From positions 1 through 7,162 of the forward strand of contig JAQGDQ010002237.1 in the NCBI GenBank assembly GCA_030141605.1: a stretch of 7,162 bases of DNA, in the 5' to 3' direction. Shown piece by piece: positions 1 to 7,162 of this stretch. This stretch comes from Tubiluchus corallicola (taxonomy: Eukaryota > Animalia > Priapulida). The notes below the pieces were generated by a model. It worked only from the letters and a program-made list of their open reading frames with translations, did not search any database and was not told the origin of the DNA. The position numbers were made by a program, and so were the translations under genes. How positions within the stretch are numbered: position 1 is the stretch's first letter; each line of letters starts with the position of its first letter.

Positions 1-2
1 CC

Positions 3-1555
3 TGTGACGTCACAGACGTCCTCGTCCGTATTAAAATTATGCTAAAGTTCATTTTGTACTCCAAATAAAATATTCATTTCTTTTTTATGTTTGGGTTGGT
101 TTTCTGTCCATCCTTTAATACCTCTCCCCTTTTCCCTGTTTGATGGCGATCTTCCTGTCACATGTCTTGAATGGTTACAGGATAATTTTCGCGCTCCTGG
201 AAAAGCATTGAACCGTGATTTTTCCTTACTGTCGCCATTGCGGGTTTGAGCTGTTTTTGAAGCTACGCGTTTTGTTGCAGCAGGTTTGAGGTCTCGTAAC
301 TTTTGAGATCTCATAATGAGTTCGCTAGTTTTGGTGTTCTCAGTGTAATCAAATTTCTCTGAGAGGAAACCAGACGGTTCCTAGGCAGTGTTACTAGTAT
401 GCAGGAAACTTCGTCGTGTTCGTAATCTGGCCACGTAGATCATGACGGTTGTTGAGTGGAGTTTGGAACTGCCTAAGGAGGTTGCCTAGTTGAAGACTGG
501 GAACGAGGAACTTTTCTCCTTTCCTCCGTCATTTGCTGACTCCTACAGTATAGGAGTAAACGGAGACGTTTCGAGACCCTGGATCCTTGTTTCTAACACC
601 CTGGTGGTTGAGTCTGCAATGCGTGAGCCCCAGCAGTGTGGTTTCTTGATTCTTGAGATGTGATCCTGGATAACTGGACCCACGGTATCACGACCTGAGG
701 CTAGCCCATTGGTACAGCTGCAGCGACAATGGAACTCTTCGGTAATTATCCTCTCCTCTCTTCCTATTATACCTGGGATGGGGTTAACTGAATTCTTGCG
801 TTATATGTATGTATGTAAGTGATTTGTAGAAATATTATTTTTGAAATTACCACTAAATAATTTTTACACGTTTTTTTTATAAACAAAGCAATAACGTTTG
901 TTTGTCCTCCTGTTCGTCCTCGTCATTTCTAAGTACAAATTATAATGGCCTAAAATAGCATCAGTTTTAATCAAACTACTAGGACCCTCGTTAAAAAAGT
1001 CTGGATAAAAACCCCTTGCCTTAAAAAAAATTAGTATTAAAAATTGTTTTTATCCACATGTGATGAACTCTGGCGTGCTCGGATAAAGTAAAAGGCAACC
1101 CCTATTTTGCATTCCTGACAAAACTATTTATTCTTTTATACAATACACCATAGAGAGTCAAAAATGGTGCCAGTGGTCGTCACAATTGGTGTCAGAAGTT
1201 ACCAGTAGTTTTTTGGTGATAACGGTTTGTTTACTGGTTGTTACTGGATTTTATGACTGAGTGGCCTAAAATTGTGCTTAATGTATTTACGTGAATTGTT
1301 TACGTTTTGAAATCGTTTCCTGTTTGTAGCACAATACAGTATTTTGCTATATAGTTGCGTTAAACTAGAGCTTTGCGTACAGACCCAGGAAGCCAAATTT
1401 ATTACTTTCGTTAACTGTATAGGACAAATTTGTTGATATTTTCAGTCCAAATATGTTCTTGATTTATTGGCTTAGAAGTTTGCTGTAATTGAAAAGCCTA
1501 CAGCTCGCAATTCTATGTAGGGAATTTCCAGTAGTTCCATACTTATAAAATTTTG
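3..1555. repeat. Left arm of a 1553-bp inverted repeat (pairs with 2263-3815)
   Basis: Reverse complement read against 2263-3815 along its full length. TGTGACGTCACAGACGTCCTCGTCCG at 3 mirrors CGGACGAGGACGTCTGTGACGTCACA ending at 3815, and ...CCATACTTATAAAATTTTG ending at 1555 mirrors CAAAATTTTATAAGTATGG at 2263. The outer boundary is only 2 nt from the window edge, so it is less certain. Confidence 0.98.
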
Positions 1556-1649
1556 AGACTGTTTGTAGAGCATTTTTTAGTTTTCCTTGAGGTTGGGGTT
1601 GAGTGCCCATAATTTAGCTCGCCCGCTATTGTTCTTTTTCTTGAATTAT

Positions 1650-1707
1650 TTCTGCTCTCTTGAGTGCGGCGCACATACGAGTCGTATGCTACTGACAGTA
1701 GGCAGAA
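1650..1707. other. Predicted four-way junction: three abutting interrupted palindromes inside a closing stem
   Basis: GTGCG-G-CGCAC (1664-1674), CATACGA-G-TCGTATG (1674-1688, sharing base 1674) and CTACTG-A-CAGTAG (1689-1701), enclosed by TTCTGC (1650-1655) / GCAGAA (1702-1707). Confidence 0.7.
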
Positions 1708-1842
1708 TATACTTTTCGTACGGATATTAATTATGCGCGACCTTTCAAGCGGTGGTTGACATTATGCATGACTGTTTGATAATTTTTTGGTGTACATACG
1801 CGCAAGTGTGATTAAAGTGATCTTATTTGTTTATAAGTTGTG

Positions 1843-1855
1843 CGTTTTCATGCAG
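1843..1855 (+). promoter_or_regulatory. Candidate 3' splice acceptor just upstream of ATG 1857
   Basis: CGTTTTCATGCAG|AATGG: pyrimidine-rich tract plus CAG ending at 1855, preceded by T-rich intron-like sequence. Motif evidence only. Confidence 0.4.
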
Positions 1856-1856
1856 A

Positions 1857-2346
1857 ATGGCTGAGGCAACTATTTACAACAAGACACAGTTGAATAAAAT
1901 GAAAAAAAGATGAACTTTCCAGGGTAGCAAGCACACTTCATTTACTTGTCGATGTTACGCATGTCAGTAAGCAAGAATTAATTGAACATATAATTAAAGC
2001 GCAACAGCATATTCTTAAAATGCAACAAGTTCCTCTACAGGGAAAAACATTTATTAATTCTGATAAAACTGACACATTGCATGATACATCAATTAGATCT
2101 CCTGGTTCTGTTGCTGAACGAATTATAGAATCTTCCAAAATTGGCCAGGCTAGTACACCTCTTCAAAGTGTTAAGCCAAAAGATCCTTTCTCTACTACTT
2201 GGCTGGAGATTTCTCAGTCAGGAAAAGGTGTTGGTATTGAAAAAGATGCTCTTAAACCTGCACAAAATTTTATAAGTATGGAACTACTGGAAATTCCCTA
2301 CATAGAATTGCGAGCTGTAGGCTTTTCAATTACAGCAAACTTCTAA
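1857..2346 (+). pseudogene. Frameshifted ORF (about 162 aa if repaired) with N-terminal SAP/Rho-N/HeH-like motif; includes the listed 108-aa ORF 2020-2346
   Basis: ATG 1857 reads MAEATIYNKTQLNKMKKR* (TGA 1911-1913). Removing one A from the A7 run (1902-1908) joins it to the frame that is open from 1903 to 2346: ...LNKMKKDELSRVASTLHLLVDVTHVSKQELIEHIIKAQQHILKMQQVPLQ... The pattern LxxMxxxELxxxAxxL...SKxELIxxI matches the helix-extension-helix consensus as I recall it. A S/T/P/K-rich linker follows. AATAAA lies at 2350-2355. Confidence 0.65.
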
Positions 2347-3815
2347 GCCAATAAATCAAGAACATATTTGGACTGAAAATATCAACAAATTTGTCCTATA
2401 CAGTTAACGAAAGTAATAAATTTGGCTTCCTGGGTCTGTACGCAAAGCTCTAGTTTAACGCAACTATATAGCAAAATACTGTATTGTGCTACAAACAGGA
2501 AACGATTTCAAAACGTAAACAATTCACGTAAATACATTAAGCACAATTTTAGGCCACTCAGTCATAAAATCCAGTAACAACCAGTAAACAAACCGTTATC
2601 ACCAAAAAACTACTGGTAACTTCTGACACCAATTGTGACGACCACTGGCACCATTTTTGACTCTCTATGGTGTATTGTATAAAAGAATAAATAGTTTTGA
2701 CAGGAATGCAAAATAGGGGTTGCCTTTTACTTTATCCGAGCACGCCAGAGTTCATCACATGTGGATAAAAACAATTTTTAATACTAATTTTTTAAGGCAA
2801 GGGGTTTTTATCCAGACTTTTTTAACGAGGGTCCTAGTAGTTTGATTAAAACTGATGCTATTTTAGGCCATTATAATTTGTACTTAGAAATGACGAGGAC
2901 GAACAGGAGGACAAACAAACGTTATTGTTTTTTTTATAAAAAAAACGTGTAAAAATTATTTAGTGGTAATTTCAAAAATAATATTTCTACAAATCACTTA
3001 CATACATACATATAACGCAAGAATTCAGTTAACCCCATCCCAGGTATAATAGGAAGAGAGGAGAGGATAATTACCGAAGAGTTCCATTGTCGCTGCAGCT
3101 GTACCAATGGGCTAGCCTCAGGTCGTGATACCGTGGGTCCAGTTATCCAGGATCACATCTCAAGAATCAAGAAACCACACTGCTGGGGCTCACGCATTGC
3201 AGACTCCACCACCAGGGTGTTAGAAACAAGGATCCAGGGTCTCGAAACGTCTCCGTTTACTCCTATACTGTAGGAGTCAGCAAATGACGGAGGAAAGGAG
3301 AAAAGTTCCTCGTTCCCAGTCTTCAACTAGGCAACCTCCTTAGGCAGTTCCAAACTCCACCCAACAACCGTCATGATCTACGTGGCCAGATTACGAACAC
3401 GACGAAGTTTCCTGCATACTAGTAACACTGCCTAGGAACGCCGTCTGGTTTCCTCTCAGAGAAATTTGATTACACTGAGAATACCAAAACTAACAAACTC
3501 ATTATGAGATCTCAAAGGTTATGAGATCTCAAACTTGCTGCAACAAAACGTGTAGCTTCAAACGCAGCTCAAACCCGCAATGGCGACAGTAAGGAAAAAT
3601 CACGGTTCAATGCTTTTCCAGGAGCGCGAAAATTATCCTGTAACCATTCAAGACATGTGACAGGAAGATCGCCATCAAACAGGGAAAAGGGGAGAGGTAT
3701 TAAAGGATGGACAGAAAACCAACCCAAACATAAAAAAGAAATGAATATTTTATTTGGAGTACAAAATGAACTTTAGCATAATTTTAATACGGACGAGGAC
3801 GTCTGTGACGTCACA
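2263..3815. repeat. Right arm of the 1553-bp inverted repeat
   Basis: Differences from the left arm found by eye: 10 substitutions in 3482-3564; single substitutions at 2700, 2928, 2932, 3207 and 3361; 2 extra nt at about 3439-3441; T6 at 2788-2793 versus A8 at 1023-1030. Confidence 0.98.
3502..3533 (+). repeat. 15-bp direct repeat (17-bp period), each copy containing the palindrome TGAGATCTCA
   Basis: TTATGAGATCTCAAA at 3502-3516 and 3519-3533. The mirrored copy in the left arm (285-316) is imperfect. Confidence 0.85.
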
Positions 3816-4769
3816 TTTATATTATTTCAATCAAGAGCTACTTAATGATATTTTCTCCTTATTACACAGTGATAATTGGGGTAACATGTAATACTTAATA
3901 CATTTATTGGTAAAATATATGTAAAAAGCGCAATGTGCAATGTACACTATGCAATGTGCCTATACTATGCACAGAAATCATGAATTGACTAAACAGCCAT
4001 TTCCTTGAAGTTCATCTTTAGTTATAATTACAGACATTTTCTAAGCCACAACAATTAGTAGTTTAGATTTTATTAAACGTTACCATCTACATAACTTCTT
4101 TTGAAGCGGCAGATTCTGTCTCTCACGTCTTTTTATGTCCTACTCATAAAATCGGCAGGTGGGAGTCTGTAGGTGTTTTCTATTTTCCTTGGCTCCCTGT
4201 TCACGGCATTCATCTTCGTTCAGTTTGTAGGTTCTCTGCTGTTATCGTTTCTGTAGGCTTTTGATTAACAGAAAAAGCGGCAAAATACTATGTGAACAAC
4301 GGGGAACGTGCGTACAAAATGCACGTGGGCAATGAAGCTAATTTTATCGTTAGAATTATTTTGCAAACCCAGTATAAATTATGATGCAAGTACAAATGTT
4401 TTGGTCCATTACCCCTTCTCAAGGTAGTATATGCATTGGAAGCCACAATATATTAGACTGTAGTTCAACAAGCTACAGACTACTTTTTCTACTCTGACAT
4501 TGTATAGGTTGAACTTGTCATGTACACACGTCTCTGTTATATTTAAAATTTGACTTATAATTATACTGCTACCTTTTACTGACTCTGGCTTTTTCTCGAC
4601 TCAATATTGGACCAACAATGTATGTATGCATTTTAGCTTTTTAGTGTAACGTAGTAATCTGTAGCACTTATTTTCTTGCACTTATTTCAGTAGATTTGTA
4701 GATGTAGTAATTGTAGACTACAGAAAATTTGTATTTTTGCAGAATAAACTAACATAGATATGAGAACGC

Positions 4770-5190
4770 AACTTTGGTTTGAGCGTATACATTACAAATT
4801 ACATTCAGTTATAAATTCAAAAATGGTAACATGGCGCTACATTTAACTCAAGTGATTAGCATACTTTGCTCCCAGGACGTGGTGCAACAAATTCTTTTGT
4901 GTTCCTTCAAAGGGTGATTCCTTCAGTCAACTCAACTATAAGCAAAAAATTCGCAAGGTTTCTTATATATATATATATATATGGCAGTAACGGTCCCAGA
5001 TTCGTTGCAAATTCTCTTGCTAAAGCTGTTGCATGAGTTAGTATATTTGTCCACCATAGCTCAGCGTATCCATAGGAAAAGGACGTAAGAAGGTCGTAAG
5101 ATTAAGATTAAACCTTTAAAGAATACCATCATACAAACCAATTCATTAGCTTGCCGATAACAAATAGCTGCTTTTTTGGTCAACATCCAT
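4770..5190 (-). pseudogene. Probable highly decayed C-terminal remnant of the LINE ORF2
   Basis: Minus-strand peptide fragments in the expected order but in different frames: FKGLILILRP (5120-5091, cf. LYKSxIRP), KRICN then GPLL (5018 onward, cf. QKRIxxxVGP), RNLANF (4963-4946, cf. RRNVASL), VTI (4830-4822). Each match is short and the boundaries are approximate. Confidence 0.4.
4964..4982. repeat. (TA)9 microsatellite
   Basis: TATATATATATATATATAT read directly. Confidence 0.95.
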
Positions 5191-5651
5191 TGTTAAAAAA
5201 AACGATACTTTATTTAATATTAGGAAATTGTTGTCTATAACAAATACTAGAATACCTGTCGTAAAGAGAATGATAAATCAGAGGTTCCCAGGTACGTGCG
5301 CTAGGACCCTCGTTGGGAAAAAGGCAGTCGTGCATTACGCGAGGAATTGGGAATCCAAAGTTGCACAATTTGTACTTCCCAGTTGTGGAAAGTTTTCAAT
5401 ATTCTTGAGTGGGACGTTCAAAGTCAAGTTTGTCGAGTGGTCAAAGGTCAGTTTTGCGAGAATTTGACATCAGACCTCCTTCTAGGGCTTTAAATAAAAA
5501 CGGTTGATGCTAACACAGATGATAGAATGTGTTGAGATTCAGTGCAAAATGACGATTGGTTATTTTAAGTGAAGGGACCAAGAATACCTAGTCCCAAATT
5601 TGATGACCTTTTTGCAAATCGTGAGATAATGTGACGATTTTGATATAATAA

Positions 5652-6275
5652 ACACACGTATGTCTGGAGTTTGTGAAGTAGAATTTTGTTCCTAAGTTTT
5701 GACAAAACTTACAAAAAGCCTTGGGTACGCTAAGGCTCAAATCTGGTCTCGTCTAAATCTCTATTAATAAGCTCATTGATAAACTACAGCAGGTCACCCG
5801 TGAAGCGAAAAGAATGAAACCCATAATGTACATCATTAAGAAGATTATTATTATTGTCCAAGAAACGTAACAAATGCTCATTTAGTAGGAAGACCTTTCT
5901 GACGATTAGCCCTCCTAAGACTAATCAGACTAATAAGATAATTTGACGGAAAAGATTTCTCAACGTTGCCTTTACATGCAGGAATAAGAGAAGCCGGATT
6001 CCATGTAGACGGAAAACAAGCGCCGGTAATGCAGCTGTTGGACAACTTAGTCAGCTCAGGAGAGCGATTAAGCTTATACAATTCTGAGAAAAGCGGCTGA
6101 CTTCTATCTGTAAGCTTTCCCTAATTCCAAGTTTGAAATCTTGCAAACAATTTCTTTAGATGTGAGGATGGGATGGAATCAATGAAAGCTGGTGTGTTGT
6201 CGCTGTTGCTGAATTGTCGCTGAAACATTAGGCGAGCAGTTTAGCTTTGTGAGGAAAGTAAGGACTTTGGGCACA
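5652..6275 (-). mobile_element. Degenerate non-LTR retrotransposon ORF2 fragment (reverse transcriptase N-terminal part; CR1/L2/Jockey-group-like)
   Basis: Ordered minus-strand motifs across frameshifts and stops: KAKLLA*CFSDNS (from 6248), LTSKEIVCKISNLELGKA (6166-6113), SPELTKLSNSCITGACFPSTWNPASLIPACKGNVEKSFPSNYLISLISL (ORF 5878-6081; cf. LFNxC...FPxxWKxAxVxPxxK...NYRPISL), RKVF...LLNDVHYGFHSFRFTGDLL (5828-5787; cf. QYGFRxxRSTxD), KAF (5722-5714; cf. LDxxKAFD), ILLHKLQTY (5684-5658; cf. LLxKLxxYG). Confidence 0.88.
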
Positions 6276-7152
6276 TTGAACAATGCTAGGTTAGTAGATA
6301 TATAGCTGCAAGTTGAACAATGCTAGGTTAGTAGATATATAGCTGCAAGTTGAACCAATGCTAGGTTAGTAGATATATAGCTGCAAGTTGAACAATGCTA
6401 GGTTAGTAGATATATAGCTGCAAGTTGAACAATGCTAGGTTAGTAGATATATAGCTGCAAGTTGAACAATGCTAGGTTAGTAGATATATAGCTGCAAGTT
6501 GAACAATGCTAGGTTAGTAGATATATAGCTGCAAGTTGAACAATGCTAGGTTAGTAGATATATAGCTGCAAGTTGAACAATGCTAGGTTAGTAGATATAT
6601 AGCTGCAAGTTGAACAATGCTAGGTTAATAGATATATAGCTGCAAGTTGAACAATGCTAGGTTAGTAGATATATAGCTGCAAGTGGAAGAAATGCTAGGT
6701 TAGTAGATATATAGCTGCAAGTTGAACAATGCTAGGTTAGTAGACATATAGCTGCAAGTTGAACAATGTTAGGTTAGTGAATATATAGCTGCAAGTTGAA
6801 CAATGCTAGGTTAGTAGATATATAGCTGCAAGTTGAACAATGCTAGGTTAGTAGATATATAGCTGCAAGTTGAACAATGCTAGGTTAGTAGATATATAGC
6901 TGCAAGTTGAACAATGCTAGGTTAGTAGACATATAGCTGCAAGTTGAACAATGTTAGGTTAGTGAATATATAGCTGCAAGTTGAACAATGCTAGGTTAGT
7001 GAATATATAGCTGCAAGTTGAACAATGCTAGGTTAGTAGATATATAGCTGCAAGTTGAACAATGCTAGGTTAGTAGATATATAGCTGCAAGTTGAACAAT
7101 GCTAGGTTAGTAGATATATAGCTGCAAGTTGAACAATGCTAGGTTAGTAGAT
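6276..7152. repeat. 37-bp tandem minisatellite, 23 full units plus a 24-bp partial unit
   Basis: Consensus TTGAACAATGCTAGGTTAGTAGATATATAGCTGCAAG, head-to-tail with no spacers. Units start at 6276, 6313, 6350, 6388 ... 7092, 7129. Units 3 and 12 are 38 bp. Confidence 0.98.
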
Positions 7153-7162
7153 CCCTGGTTAA

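Larger units (their letters stand above)
3..3815. mobile_element. Possible foldback-type non-autonomous element or inverted segmental duplication (very long inverted arms, TGT...ACA ends, short internal cargo)
   Basis: Architecture only: 1.55-kb arms, 0.7-kb spacer, termini 5'-TGT...ACA-3'. No transposase is seen. A target-site duplication is not supported (left flank ends CC, right flank begins TTTATATT) and only 2 nt of left flank are visible. Confidence 0.3.

Noticed and set aside
42-314. 90-aa minus-strand ORF as a real gene
   Set aside because: No recognisable motif, and the mirrored copy in the right arm has TGA at codon 7 (3522-3524).
254-336. RIP or ADAR hyper-editing as the cause of the mismatch cluster
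   Set aside because: Changes fall on both strands in mixed dinucleotide contexts, include a transversion, and are confined to one small patch of the repeat.
1650-1707. tRNA gene or tRNA-derived SINE head
   Set aside because: Loops are only 1-3 nt, with no TTC/T-loop, D-loop GG, or A/B-box consensus.
1938-2138. 66-aa Cys-rich minus-strand ORF
   Set aside because: It is the antisense shadow of the better-supported plus-strand frame 1903-2346.
3215-3256. Penelope-type minimal hammerhead ribozyme (TCGAAACGTC at 3242-3251; mirror 565-574)
   Set aside because: The GAAAC-GTC half is present but no CTGANGA core lies upstream. CTGAGAGGAAAC at 359-370 likewise lacks stem II. At most a decayed relic.
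3929-3972. Degenerate GCAATGT / ACTATGC short repeats
   Set aside because: Low-complexity slippage-type sequence, too short and irregular to support a functional call.
5228-5467. 79-aa plus-strand ORF
   Set aside because: Non-ATG (TTG) start, no recognisable motif, and it lies in probable repeat-derived sequence.
5566-5592. LGILGPF on the minus strand as the RT 'PQGSxLGP' motif
   Set aside because: PQG is absent, spacing from LLHKL is shorter than expected, and flanking frames show no RT similarity.
6276-7152. CRISPR array (37-bp unit with a GTTGAAC word resembling CRISPR repeat ends)
   Set aside because: Units are head-to-tail with no unique spacers, there are no cas genes, and the context looks eukaryotic.
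3029-7162. piggyBac element bounded by TTAA-CCCC (3029) and GG-TTAA (window end)
   Set aside because: The two ends share no terminal inverted repeat beyond CC, and no transposase is present.

Overview
AT-rich, eukaryote-like repetitive DNA with no intact conventional gene; the retroelement motifs recall those of hydrozoan/cnidarian genomes, which is an inference. The left half (3-3815) is a large spaced palindrome: two 1553-bp inverted arms (3-1555 and 2263-3815; by-eye alignment gives 15 substitutions and two 2-bp indels, about 99% identity) around a 707-bp unique spacer. The spacer holds a compact four-way-junction 'cloverleaf' of three abutting palindromes (1650-1707). It also holds a reading frame the ORF track only partly shows (1857-2346), split by one extra A in an A7 run, encoding an N-terminal SAP/Rho-N-like helix-extension-helix motif and running into the right arm. 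The right half holds a decayed minus-strand non-LTR retrotransposon (CR1/L2/Jockey-group-like) reverse transcriptase relic (about 5652-6275, probable C-terminal remnant about 4770-5190) with unrelated sequence where the catalytic core should be. It is followed directly by a 37-bp tandem array of about 23.6 units (6276-7152) that is not a CRISPR.
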